In this document: in pieces, positions 17,502-26,745 of the stretch
Numbering within the stretch: the first letter of the stretch is position 1
Layout of the letters: each line of letters starts with the position of its first letter
Origin: a virus
Lineage: Duplodnaviria; Caudoviricetes
DNA length: 64,000 nt
Strand: one strand, 5' to 3'
IMG/VR virus record: IMGVR_UViG_3300042542_005523
Translations under genes and position numbers: made by a program
Notes under the pieces: generated by a model
The model's input: only the letters and a program-made list of their open reading frames with translations
The model's database searches: none
What the model was told of the DNA's origin: nothing

Positions 17502-18885
17502 ATTTAACTCGACTGAGGAAATATTAAATTCAATCTCTCATAGAGGAATTGAAAGAACCGATAAAAAATTAGAAGGTGTTACACTATGTCATCATAGATT
17601 GCCTATCCAAACAGTGGAAGGTGATAATTGGTACCAACCAAAACAAATATCAGATGGTATCTATATGCTTTTTAATGGTGAGATTTTCAACTACGATACT
17701 AATGCATATTCCTCCGATATAGAGTATCTTTGTAATCTTTTTAGCTCTTATAATTTCGGAGGTGTTGAAATGTTTTCAGCTCTCTTTCTTCCACATATGC
17801 AAACCTGGGATGGTTTTTGGGCTATTGTCATATATGATTCAAAAACAGGAGATGTTATTTGCTTTACTGACCCGTTGGGTAAAAAATGTCTATATGTTAA
17901 TAAAGAAGGTGAGATATCCTCGGAGATAAAAGGTGTGCATCGTCAGGGATATTCCATAGACGATACTTATATTTCTAGCGTTAGAAAGTGGGGTTATAAC
18001 ACTGACAATAGAACTCCTTATAAGGAAATAAAAAGAATACTTCCTAATAACATCTACTCTTTTAACATAGTATCTCCTATGTTCCAACAGGTTTATCAAA
18101 AATACTGGGAGGGATTTGACTCCCCTATTTATGAGCTTCGAGGTAAACCATACGAGGAACACATGGAATGGCTATGGGATAAGATGGTAGAAAGTGTTAA
18201 GAATAGATTACTTAGCAAGAATTACCCAATATCCGCATTAATATCAGGTGGACTCGATTCATCTATTATTGCAGCATTAATGAAATCGGAGTCTATTGAT
18301 AGAATAAACTGGTTCACTATAGAGAATGGCGAAACTGAATATGTCGACCTTCTAGCTAAACACCTTGATATCAAGGTCAATAAGCTAACATACGATATGG
18401 ACGAATCCTTAAACAAGGAGATCTATAAAATATGGAACGAAGGACCAGTCGATCTTGGTTCTGTTATACCACAGTATCATTTATTTAAAGCTGTCAAAGA
18501 ACAGACTGGATATAGAATAGTTATAAGCGGTGATGGCTCTGATGAATTATTTGGTGGATATTCAAGGATACATGAATTTGATTCACAAAAGTCAGATGTT
18601 TTCGAAGAACTTTCTTACTATCACCTGCCACGATTGGACAAGATGAGCATGGCCCATACACTGGAGCTAAGAACCCCATTTTTAAATCTTGACATAGTGC
18701 GATTTGCACTACATTTACCTCTTGAGTGGAGAAAAGATAAGAAGATACTAAAAGATACTTTTTCTCCTATCCTGCCACCCGAGATAGTGGGAAGAAAGAA
18801 AATACCCCTGAAGAACCCACAGATCAAGGAAGATAAAATAGCATATAGACAGAAGGCAATAGATCTTTTTCTTTCTGAAATGTAA
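17476..18885 (+). CDS. asnB: asparagine synthetase B-like glutamine amidotransferase
   Basis: MCGII (Ntn Cys), HHRLPI, FNGEIFNY, SGGLDSS (PP-loop), SGDGSDELFGGY, RLDKMSMAHTLELRTPFL. Overlaps the kinase gene by 26 nt. Confidence 0.9.
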   Translation: MCGIILATEFNSTEEILNSISHRGIERTDKKLEGVTLCHHRLPIQTVEGDNWYQPKQISDGIYMLFNGEIFNYDTNAYSSDIEYLCNLFSSYNFGGVEMFSALFLPHMQTWDGFWAIVIYDSKTGDVICFTDPLGKKCLYVNKEGEISSEIKGVHRQGYSIDDTYISSVRKWGYNTDNRTPYKEIKRILPNNIYSFNIVSPMFQQVYQKYWEGFDSPIYELRGKPYEEHMEWLWDKMVESVKNRLLSKNYPISALISGGLDSSIIAALMKSESIDRINWFTIENGETEYVDLLAKHLDIKVNKLTYDMDESLNKEIYKIWNEGPVDLGSVIPQYHLFKAVKEQTGYRIVISGDGSDELFGGYSRIHEFDSQKSDVFEELSYYHLPRLDKMSMAHTLELRTPFLNLDIVRFALHLPLEWRKDKKILKDTFSPILPPEIVGRKKIPLKNPQIKEDKIAYRQKAIDLFLSEM

Positions 18886-18894
18886 AGGAGCAGT

Positions 18895-18902
18895 GATATA
18901 TA
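18895..18902 (+). promoter_or_regulatory. putative late promoter GATATATA
   Basis: In a 37-nt intergenic gap before ATG 18923. Confidence 0.7.
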
Positions 18903-18922
18903 GACTAAAATAACGTATTTTT

Positions 18923-19627
18923 ATGTCTAATCACATTAAATCTTTCGAATCTTTCTCTAGTGGTAAATCACAGAAAGACAGCTTATTGGAATTTGACGCT
19001 GGTAGTTTGCTAACCGGTGCAGTTAATTTCTTTGGTCCTGGATTAGGATCCGCAGTTGAGCAAAAACTTGTAGAGTTTCTCCTAAATAAACTTGGTATAA
19101 AGCCAGATACTGCTGCTTCTATGTTAATACAGGAAGTAGTCGAGGCAATACCAATGGAGGATTATCCTGCTCTATTAACTGGTGAAAAGTTGAATATGAC
19201 TTATCTTAATCCTTATCTTGCCGAAGCGATAGTTGATTCAGTAAAAAGAACGGGTTTGGATACGATCTTTAATCCCTTAGCTGAAAAATTTGGCCTTGAA
19301 CCCGGAGGACTTTTAACTAGAACGATTGTTGAATCTTTCGAGGCACTCGGTGAGGATGAGCTTAGAAAAAAGATAATAGGTATTCTTAATTTCATAGCTG
19401 GTATAGAATTTAGTGCAGGTGAATATGCATCAACTCTTGATGCTGAAACTCAAGAGAAGCTATCTAAAGGAATCGGTAAAGCTTTATCCATGCAGAGTCC
19501 TTTGGCAATTAAGAGAGCTAAAGATCTTCAAGCAAAGGCTAAAGCCGAAACTGGTGGTGAATCAAATTGGTTTTCTACATTAGTTGGTTCTTTATCAAGA
19601 CCAGGCAAAATGACCGACACGTTCTAA
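18923..19627 (+). CDS. putative internal head protein
   Basis: MSNHIKSFESFS...LLEF N-terminus, GATATATA box upstream, amphipathic helices. Confidence 0.5.
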   Translation: MSNHIKSFESFSSGKSQKDSLLEFDAGSLLTGAVNFFGPGLGSAVEQKLVEFLLNKLGIKPDTAASMLIQEVVEAIPMEDYPALLTGEKLNMTYLNPYLAEAIVDSVKRTGLDTIFNPLAEKFGLEPGGLLTRTIVESFEALGEDELRKKIIGILNFIAGIEFSAGEYASTLDAETQEKLSKGIGKALSMQSPLAIKRAKDLQAKAKAETGGESNWFSTLVGSLSRPGKMTDTF

Positions 19628-19642
19628 AATATAAGAAAGAAA

Positions 19643-20206
19643 ATGAATTTAAACGATGTATCAAAAAGGGACATTCTCGATTTCGACAAGTTCCTTAAAA
19701 AAGTTCACGATAATAACTATAAACCTCTAGCTCCTGAGAATCAGGAGGGAGATCCAGGTCTTTCCGGACTAAGCCCTATTAAAAGAGAACCTGCTTATGA
19801 TTATGCTGGGTATGCAGATTCAGTTTTCGGTAAGGAGTCTAAGATAGGATATCCTGGTATTTCTTTCAGAGACCCTCAAAGCGGTAAGACTGCACCTTTC
19901 ATACAAGCAGGATCTATGGAAATGCTAGGTCAAGGTGGTGGAGCTCAGAGTGAAGTTTCTGAATCTACTGGGTCTTTTACTCTTGCTAGATTAAAAGATT
20001 TGTCCGGTATAAACGAGGGGCTTTCAACACCAGAGGGAGACCTAAAGGGAATAATTAACGATCTCTTAGATAGAGAATTTAGAGGCATTGACCCAGTAAA
20101 AGCTGCCGAGGTTTTCGAATTTTTCGCCAAAGCTATGAGAGGTAATGAATATAGAATGAAAAATAATATAGGTCCGGTTAGAGCAGATTTTACTAAAAGA
20201 AAATAA
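19643..20206 (+). CDS. putative internal head protein
   Basis: ILDFDKFL near the N-terminus, internal ARLKDLSGINEG; co-transcribed with 18923. Confidence 0.45.
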   Translation: MNLNDVSKRDILDFDKFLKKVHDNNYKPLAPENQEGDPGLSGLSPIKREPAYDYAGYADSVFGKESKIGYPGISFRDPQSGKTAPFIQAGSMEMLGQGGGAQSEVSESTGSFTLARLKDLSGINEGLSTPEGDLKGIINDLLDREFRGIDPVKAAEVFEFFAKAMRGNEYRMKNNIGPVRADFTKRK

Positions 20207-20221
20207 AAGATATAAAACTTT

Positions 20222-20254
20222 AAAAGGCCTCGAGTTTCTCGGGGCTTTTTTTAT
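20222..20254. terminator. bidirectional rho-independent terminator
   Basis: AAAAGGCCTCGAG-TTT-CTCGGGGCTTTTTT between convergent genes, with A and T tracts on both sides. Confidence 0.85.
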
Positions 20255-20985
20255 TGCTTTCTTCTTTTAGATAGTGTCTCTATGAATTTATCTTTTGCCA
20301 ATTTCAGAATGTCTGATTTTTCTGAAAAGTTTTCATAGATCTCAACAACATAGAATGCTGGAGTGAAATTTTTATCAGCTCCCATTTCGGATAAGATCTC
20401 GTGATAGATGTGCTCGTACGATAGAGAGAATTTCTTATTGTTCAGAGATATTTTTTTCATTACTATGACATCTTTTTTACTTCCCTCCGTATTCATTATC
20501 GTTTCCTTCCAATAATACGGGATCAGTCTTTCTGTTATCATATTTCTTATTAGTAGAACACCTGATTCCGAAAGCCCTGAAATTCTATCGTATTTAGACT
20601 CTAGCTTGAATATCTTGATCTTTTCCTCTTCCTCTTTAATGATCTCTAAGCATATCTCTGAGAATTCATATAATATACCTAAAGACGATGAAATAACCTC
20701 GTCTATCTCTTTGAAAGTGTCGCTTTGTTTAGGCAGATCCACTATCTTATTGTATTCAGATAGGGATTCTTTAGATATACCGGCTAGTAAAAACCCTGGT
20801 ATTTTCCTACTTTCCTTGAATGAGCTCATTGCTTTAACGAGAGTAGATATCTCCTTTAAACTGCTCAGTACTGAGGGACCGTCTAGATTTTGACTTTTAT
20901 TTTTTAAAAAATCTAAAAGCACATAGCTTTTGTGCTCTACGTCAAGAGGACTTTCCAAAAACCATATTGGGTTCAACTTCTCCAT
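20251..20985 (-). CDS. hypothetical protein (only minus-strand gene)
   Basis: 244-aa ORF filling a gap with no competing + strand gene; ends at the bidirectional terminator. Confidence 0.85.
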   Translation of the reverse strand: MEKLNPIWFLESPLDVEHKSYVLLDFLKNKSQNLDGPSVLSSLKEISTLVKAMSSFKESRKIPGFLLAGISKESLSEYNKIVDLPKQSDTFKEIDEVISSSLGILYEFSEICLEIIKEEEEKIKIFKLESKYDRISGLSESGVLLIRNMITERLIPYYWKETIMNTEGSKKDVIVMKKISLNNKKFSLSYEHIYHEILSEMGADKNFTPAFYVVEIYENFSEKSDILKLAKDKFIETLSKRRKQ

Positions 20986-21010
20986 GTCTTTTTTATTATA
21001 CCTGTTATCT

Positions 21011-21018
21011 TATATATG
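21011..21018 (-). promoter_or_regulatory. late-type box variant CATATATA (minus strand)
   Basis: 25 nt upstream of the minus-strand ATG 20985, back-to-back with the 21040 box. Confidence 0.45.
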
Positions 21019-21039
21019 GTTACAAAAAAATCTCAAGAA

Positions 21040-21047
21040 GATATATA
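21040..21047 (+). promoter_or_regulatory. putative late promoter GATATATA
   Basis: In the divergent intergenic region before ATG 21062. Confidence 0.75.
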
Positions 21048-21061
21048 GAATTGATTAAATT

Positions 21062-21499
21062 ATGGGAAGAATACAAGACTATCAACATTTTGCAGCTGCC
21101 AAGACTGATAAACATGCTAGAGGTGAATACTCTTTTATACATACTCTTGGTGAAACTGACATATCGTTAGAAAATGTTCCAGTTGAACTAAAGGAACTAT
21201 CTGACGTGAAAGCCTCGGTGGAATATTCTATAGAGACTATAGCCACTAAGTCCGGAATAGAAGGAATATCTTTCAGAGTGGATATGATAGAATTAGTCTT
21301 TTCTGTTGACAAATACCCAAATGATGTCGAGGAGATTGATCTTGATATTGCTCCTGGACAAAATATAGAGCACGGAAGAATAAGACCCATTGAATTGGAT
21401 AGCATAATTCCAACTAACCCTTCTAGAATAGAAATCAATATGGGTAATAGTTTAAACGTTAGCAATTTCATAATCACGGTATTTTTTGGAAATGAATAA
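21062..21499 (+). CDS. hypothetical protein
   Basis: 145-aa ORF after a GATATATA box; N-terminus MGRIQDYQHF. Confidence 0.75.
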   Translation: MGRIQDYQHFAAAKTDKHARGEYSFIHTLGETDISLENVPVELKELSDVKASVEYSIETIATKSGIEGISFRVDMIELVFSVDKYPNDVEEIDLDIAPGQNIEHGRIRPIELDSIIPTNPSRIEINMGNSLNVSNFIITVFFGNE

Positions 21500-22481
21500 C
21501 AGATTGCTGGATTTTAATTTATTCATAAACGAGTCTTCTCCCAGTTTCAAAGGAGGCTCTTCTGCTTATAACATAAGTGAAAGATGGGACGGAGGCTATG
21601 ATATAAGAATGTGCGATTCCCTTCTAAACGGTGATCGAATGGACGAATCTTATATAAACATTGCTAAGAAAACTGAAAAGGCTGTTGCATTAGCTTATGT
21701 TAAGCCAGACGGTAAGCACTCCGAGTATTTATGGATTCCATCTTCAGCATGCTTCAAAAAGAAATACGTTTCTAGTTCTGGTGCTTATTATCCTGTTGAA
21801 ATACCATCTTATACTTACTGGTTCAAGGACGAAGCTAACAGAAGAAAATTAGAAAATTTCCTGAATGACTTTGTGGACTCGCAAGAATTAAAGAAGAGAA
21901 AGGGAATAGATGATATTTTGGAACAGGCCAAGGATGACCTAGATTTAATACTAGATCAGGTTGGTCTTAATGATGCTATTGCTTCCCTGGAAAGGGGAAG
22001 TTCAGATTACCAATTTGAGGGTATAACAGAGAATGGGATGAATGTTATAATAAACAAAAGATCCAAGGAGGATCTTGTTGGTGACTTTGAAATATATTCT
22101 TCCAAGAAAGAAACAAGACCTGCTATAAGATTCAGCTACACTAAGGGATCTAATCAGCCTTCCTTCATATTCAATATAGACGGTAAAAATTATCAAGCAA
22201 GTGCTAGGATAACAGAGGTTGAAAATAATCCATACCTAAGGTATCTGATACTAAGATCCCTTAATAAAGAGAAGCAAGCAGAGAAAGACGGTCTGCTTAA
22301 TTATTACATAGAGCTTCTAAAGTCACATGATTGGGACTATCAATATTCGGACGACTCCAGAACATACAAGGCTGGCCAGAAAGATATTAATCACATCAAT
22401 GAAGTTGGTGATCTTCTTAAGGAATTTATGCCCGAAAAAGAGGTGTCTGACATTTATTTGAACTTTTCAAATAAAAAATAA
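21492..22481 (+). CDS. putative internal head protein
   Basis: ATG 21492 overlaps the upstream stop (ATGAATAA); N-terminus MNNRLLDFNLFINES. Confidence 0.55.
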   Translation: MNNRLLDFNLFINESSPSFKGGSSAYNISERWDGGYDIRMCDSLLNGDRMDESYINIAKKTEKAVALAYVKPDGKHSEYLWIPSSACFKKKYVSSSGAYYPVEIPSYTYWFKDEANRRKLENFLNDFVDSQELKKRKGIDDILEQAKDDLDLILDQVGLNDAIASLERGSSDYQFEGITENGMNVIINKRSKEDLVGDFEIYSSKKETRPAIRFSYTKGSNQPSFIFNIDGKNYQASARITEVENNPYLRYLILRSLNKEKQAEKDGLLNYYIELLKSHDWDYQYSDDSRTYKAGQKDINHINEVGDLLKEFMPEKEVSDIYLNFSNKK

Positions 22482-22482
22482 A

Positions 22483-22511
22483 GGAAACTTATTCATTTTT
22501 ATCTCTAGAAT
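22483..22511 (+). promoter_or_regulatory. putative early/middle promoter GGAAAC-N17-TAGAAT
   Basis: Upstream of the 44-aa ORF. Confidence 0.55.
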
Positions 22512-22517
22512 CTAATC

Positions 22518-22652
22518 ATGGAAAGAATAGATTCGATTGACCACGGCCAGATTTTAAAAATATCTAAGCCGAATGGCAACCATATCTACGGATTTGAAAG
22601 GTCTGATGATCAAATTATGACTAGAATTTACTTCTATAACATGGGAAACTAA
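22518..22652 (+). CDS. 44-aa small ORF absent from the ORF track
   Basis: MERIDSIDHGQILKISKPNGNHIYGFERSDDQIMTRIYFYNMGN*; fills the gap and starts 6 nt after a GGAAAC-N17-TAGAAT motif. Confidence 0.5.
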   Translation: MERIDSIDHGQILKISKPNGNHIYGFERSDDQIMTRIYFYNMGN

Positions 22653-22672
22653 GTGAATTTTTCGAATAAAAT
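22644..22672 (+). promoter_or_regulatory. putative early/middle promoter GGAAAC-N17-TAAAAT
   Basis: Upstream of the Nudix operon. Confidence 0.55.
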
Positions 22673-22684
22673 AAAAAGAACTGG

Positions 22685-23338
22685 ATGTTCGAGAGAATTG
22701 CAAATATTTTTAAAATAAAAAAAAGAAATATGTCTGATAACGGAGAAGAAATCAGTGTTGAGATTTTAACCAATAGATACACTAATCACGATTTTCAATG
22801 GATCAAGGGGGAAAATTTAATGAATGTTGTCTCATTCGATGTTGTTACACAGCAGGATGATCAATTTTATATACACTTTAAAGGTGGTTCTAGAATCAAC
22901 TACAATATTCTCGAGGAATATATGACGTGGTATCCGGCTCAAAGAGTTGAGCCCCGTCCCGCACCTACACCAGCCCCGCAGTCACATGCATCTGTTTCAT
23001 CTATAAAATTTGGCGATACCGGAACTGCTGTAAATGAAGCTTCACAATCTCCGATATATAATTTGTTAGCTAGACAAAAAAAGAAACCGGTTGAAATAGA
23101 GTTTAAGATTAAAGTGCCTCTGCCATCCAAAGATCTTTTTAATGTTCTAACCAGTTCCTTTGATGATGCTGAGAATGAAATTGTACAATTTATCATAGAT
23201 AGCATAGACATCGATGATATTAGAAACACTCTTTCGAAATCAATAAGAGAAAATTATTACGGCTCAGCAAATAGCAAACCAGCCGTACAAAAGGAAACTG
23301 TAAAAAATAAAAAGATAAGAGAAGAAAATGAAGAATGA
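22685..23338 (+). CDS. hypothetical protein
   Basis: 217-aa ORF (alternative start at MSDNGEE); central Pro-rich linker. Confidence 0.8.
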   Translation: MFERIANIFKIKKRNMSDNGEEISVEILTNRYTNHDFQWIKGENLMNVVSFDVVTQQDDQFYIHFKGGSRINYNILEEYMTWYPAQRVEPRPAPTPAPQSHASVSSIKFGDTGTAVNEASQSPIYNLLARQKKKPVEIEFKIKVPLPSKDLFNVLTSSFDDAENEIVQFIIDSIDIDDIRNTLSKSIRENYYGSANSKPAVQKETVKNKKIREENEE

Positions 23339-23912
23339 TGACAAAGTATTGTTTTCATCAGAATATTTAAATCTGATAGAAAGAGACGGTAAAGTAGGAA
23401 TAGTTCCTAACTTCTCCAATGTTGTTATTCTCCCCTATATCGCTGATAAAGAGGGACTTCCCCTACTTATTGGTGTTTTGAAGGAGTATAATGTTTTTAG
23501 GGAAGGTGGATATTCAATCTCTCCTATCACCGGATCCAGCGATGACGAGGATCCTAACTTTTTAGAAACAGCTAAAAGAGAGCTGCACGAGGAATCCGGG
23601 TATATGGTGAGCGATAATGATAGATGGTATTTTCTAGGAAATGCAATATCGTCTAAGTTTGTTGATCACGAACAGCCTTGTTTTGCTGTTGATGTTAGCG
23701 ATTTGCAAAGAGAGGAACCCACTACAGACGGAAGTGAGCAAGAAGCTCTTTCTAAATTTGTCTTCATACCAGCTAATGACGTTGTTAAATGCAAGGACGT
23801 TTTCATTCCAGCTTTATTTTTAAAGCTTTTTAAATTTGTATTAGGAAAAGATCTACACAATCCTGATTCGGAGGACCTTTTTAAACCAAAGGGATTTAAT
23901 ATCACTTTATAA
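23328..23912 (+). CDS. Nudix hydrolase
   Basis: Nudix box GSSDDEDPNFLETAKRELHEESGY. Confidence 0.85.
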   Translation: MKNDDKVLFSSEYLNLIERDGKVGIVPNFSNVVILPYIADKEGLPLLIGVLKEYNVFREGGYSISPITGSSDDEDPNFLETAKRELHEESGYMVSDNDRWYFLGNAISSKFVDHEQPCFAVDVSDLQREEPTTDGSEQEALSKFVFIPANDVVKCKDVFIPALFLKLFKFVLGKDLHNPDSEDLFKPKGFNITL

Positions 23913-23919
23913 TTTTTTT

Positions 23920-24195
23920 ATGAGTCAAAATAGAAGAGAAAGAAGGAGATTACAGAGGGAACTTAAAAAAGTTGACCCTACAAATTCTTTAAATGAAATC
24001 GTTACATCTGAGATGGGAGCGGAGATACGTAGAAGATATCTGCAAAAATTAAAGAATGAGCAGGTAGAGACTCAAGAAGTAAGTGATTCTGAGTATACAC
24101 CATCCTCATTGAACCTAGCTCCCCCCGAGGCAACATATGGTTCTTTTAAGAATCTTGTTATAAAAAGAGATTGGGATTCTGTCTCTGAGGATTAA
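23920..24195 (+). CDS. small hypothetical protein with basic N-terminus
   Basis: MSQNRRERRRLQRELKK; in-operon position after the Nudix gene. Confidence 0.7.
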   Translation: MSQNRRERRRLQRELKKVDPTNSLNEIVTSEMGAEIRRRYLQKLKNEQVETQEVSDSEYTPSSLNLAPPEATYGSFKNLVIKRDWDSVSED

Positions 24196-24216
24196 TTTAC
24201 CGTCTATTCTTGGAGG

Positions 24217-24224
24217 AATATATA
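24217..24224 (+). promoter_or_regulatory. late-type box variant AATATATA in 5' arm of a hairpin
   Basis: Before the first tail-module gene; GGAATATA 24215-24222 is complementary to TATATTCC 24263-24270. Confidence 0.6.
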
Positions 24225-24272
24225 TTAGGGTGATATGCTAAAGATACCACCCCTAAATTAACTATATTCCTA

Positions 24273-26123
24273 ATGGGTTATTATTACATAGTAAATGGAG
24301 TTGACGTTGGTCAATCTAATGTTCTCGATTCGAATACTCCCTCCGTTCTTTACGATGAGAGAATTCTTCAGCTTAATGCTCAAAATACGATACAGAGAGC
24401 TAGTAATCTAGGCTCCGATAATCCTTATAAAGGTCCTGCTCCAAGAACTCTTTTCTATGATGCTGGCTTTAGAAGACCCGGTAAGTATGGGCAGTTTCTT
24501 ATGTATGCATTCGGGAATGGTGAGAATGATTTCATGGAGTCTTATTACAGCTCAGAGAATGCAACATACAATTCAAAGATATCCTCTATACAATCTAAGA
24601 ACCCCTCTGCTGCTTTTCTAGTTAGCAGCAGCGCATCTTTAGAAGCATCCTCACTGAGTAATACTTTGAATAGTTACCTTTCTAATAATCTTGGAGGCTC
24701 TATAGTAGGAGGGCTTGCTGCCCCGTATAATTGGAAGGATTTCCTCTATTGTAAATATTACGGAACTATACCCAATAACTACATGGTCACTCTAAGAAGA
24801 TTCCCAACCCCAATGAGGGATAATTTAAGTATACCGTCGTCTGTAGCAGATTCCGATTCAACTAGAAGGGAGGGAGCAGGAAGACCAGTAGCTCAAGCAG
24901 TTACATGGTTAGGAGACGATACTGGTAACAAGCTGAGCACCCTAATAGGATTTACAACAGGATTGGAGTGGCTTTCGAAGCCACAAAGTGGGTCGATAAC
25001 ACAGGAAGCTTTTGATAAGGGCCTTTTCAATTCGCTGCCTTATTCAATACCAGATATTGCCAAACTCCTTGGAGATGCTGCACCAACGGATGCAGATAGC
25101 TTACAGAAGCTATTTAACTTGGTTGCATCAGTAGCCGATCCTAACCAAATAGCACAAAGGGGAGGTTTAGCTTCTGTTTTGAGGGATAAAGCTGTAAATG
25201 AGCAAGATGGCGCTCTATCAGATTTTATATGGACCAGTGTAGATACCGTAAGTAATACGTATATAAGAGACAGGGGATTGAGTTTCACAAACACTGGTAT
25301 GTCCCTTGCCTTCCATTATGACCTGACTTCTATAGGAGAGGTTAACACAAAAGCAGCTATGCTTGATCTTATGGGGAGCTTACTTGGACTGGGCACTAAT
25401 TATGGTAACTTTTTAACACCCACTATAAGATACAACAGCGAATTTTATCCAGTAGGATTCCCAGGTGGAAATGCAGGACTTGCTAGTTTTTATAGGGACC
25501 CTATCAATTTTATAAAAAACCACTCAACTGATATAAATGAACTTTTGACAGGTGATCAAGCAGGAGCAGCTTCTGAAGCAGCCGGCAAAATAAAGGAAAC
25601 GATAGGCGCAAATGGTACAAATGATCTTGCCAATGTAATAACAGGTGGAACATCACCCGCTGTTGAAAGAGCGATTAGCATAGCTTTGCAAGAGAAATTT
25701 ATAGAAAAGGTTCAATTACCTCTTTCTTTTTTAACGGGTGCACCAATCGGGGAATGGCATCTTGTAGTTGGCAACCCGTGTAACCCGATAGCGATGATAG
25801 GGAATCTTATTTGTGAATCTGTTCAGATTGAGTTTTCTGAAAGATTAGGTCCCGACGATTTCCCAGCTGAATTGAAAGCTACGTATACATTAAAACACGG
25901 AAGAGATAGGGAAAGAGGTGAGATTGAATCTATGTTTAATAGAGGTGATGGTAGATTATATCAGTCGTCACTACAGACTTATGCAAATGGACAATCCGAT
26001 GGAGCATTTTCAGATACTCAGGGTAATAGAATTAATCAGAATTATGCACAGAAAATTACATCTGGAGTTCTTCCTTACACTCAAAGCGACGCAGACTCGC
26101 AAGGTCCCATAACGAATCCTTAA
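24273..26123 (+). CDS. baseplate/tail-tube-initiator-like protein
   Basis: First gene of the tail module; C-terminal beta-rich WHLVVGNP.NPIAMIGNLICESVQIEF...LKATYTL; precedes the LysM/gp53-like gene. Confidence 0.45.
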   Translation: MGYYYIVNGVDVGQSNVLDSNTPSVLYDERILQLNAQNTIQRASNLGSDNPYKGPAPRTLFYDAGFRRPGKYGQFLMYAFGNGENDFMESYYSSENATYNSKISSIQSKNPSAAFLVSSSASLEASSLSNTLNSYLSNNLGGSIVGGLAAPYNWKDFLYCKYYGTIPNNYMVTLRRFPTPMRDNLSIPSSVADSDSTRREGAGRPVAQAVTWLGDDTGNKLSTLIGFTTGLEWLSKPQSGSITQEAFDKGLFNSLPYSIPDIAKLLGDAAPTDADSLQKLFNLVASVADPNQIAQRGGLASVLRDKAVNEQDGALSDFIWTSVDTVSNTYIRDRGLSFTNTGMSLAFHYDLTSIGEVNTKAAMLDLMGSLLGLGTNYGNFLTPTIRYNSEFYPVGFPGGNAGLASFYRDPINFIKNHSTDINELLTGDQAGAASEAAGKIKETIGANGTNDLANVITGGTSPAVERAISIALQEKFIEKVQLPLSFLTGAPIGEWHLVVGNPCNPIAMIGNLICESVQIEFSERLGPDDFPAELKATYTLKHGRDRERGEIESMFNRGDGRLYQSSLQTYANGQSDGAFSDTQGNRINQNYAQKITSGVLPYTQSDADSQGPITNP

Positions 26124-26140
26124 AATATTTTCACTTTAGC

Positions 26141-26737
26141 ATGGCACTATCAATAGATACTCTTTATAGAAATAAGAACGTTTTTAATCCCAATAAGGAC
26201 CAGATGAATGCAAATCTTGGTATATGGGATCTTACTAAATCATCACTTAACTATTTGAATGTAAACGTTCAGATAAATTCTATTTATATGCTTAGTGATG
26301 ATGACACGATGAGGCCTGATATAATAGCAGCAGCAAAATACGGGGACCAGTCTTTAATGGGGTCTCTTTGTAAATTTAATAGCATAGCGAATCCATTTGC
26401 GATAGGATCTGGCCAATTCTTATATTTACCTAAGGTATCAACATTTGAGAATGCATTTGATGTAAAAAAGAATCTAGAAAAAGGGGGGAATACAAACTCT
26501 AGTCCTTCGGATGCATTTAGAAAAAGTCAGGAACAAAAGATAGTAAAGGCAAGTGAGGGTAGGAAAAAATTTGTGGAATCCAAGATAAAAAAACAGCCAG
26601 CACAGATACTACCGCCAAACGTGTCGCAAGCCGGTGAAAGGCCAACGGTAAGAAAGAATGGAATTATAGTATTTGGCCCAGATGCGGGTGGTGGTGGAGT
26701 TAACGGTGTTAATAATTCTAACGGTAATCAGCAATAA
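26141..26737 (+). CDS. gp53: baseplate wedge protein, gp53/LysM-like
   Basis: RPDIIAAAKYGD...LCKFNSIANPFAIGSGQFLYLP matches the gp53/LysM pattern. Confidence 0.7.
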   Translation: MALSIDTLYRNKNVFNPNKDQMNANLGIWDLTKSSLNYLNVNVQINSIYMLSDDDTMRPDIIAAAKYGDQSLMGSLCKFNSIANPFAIGSGQFLYLPKVSTFENAFDVKKNLEKGGNTNSSPSDAFRKSQEQKIVKASEGRKKFVESKIKKQPAQILPPNVSQAGERPTVRKNGIIVFGPDAGGGGVNGVNNSNGNQQ

Positions 26738-26745
26738 ATTTTTAA

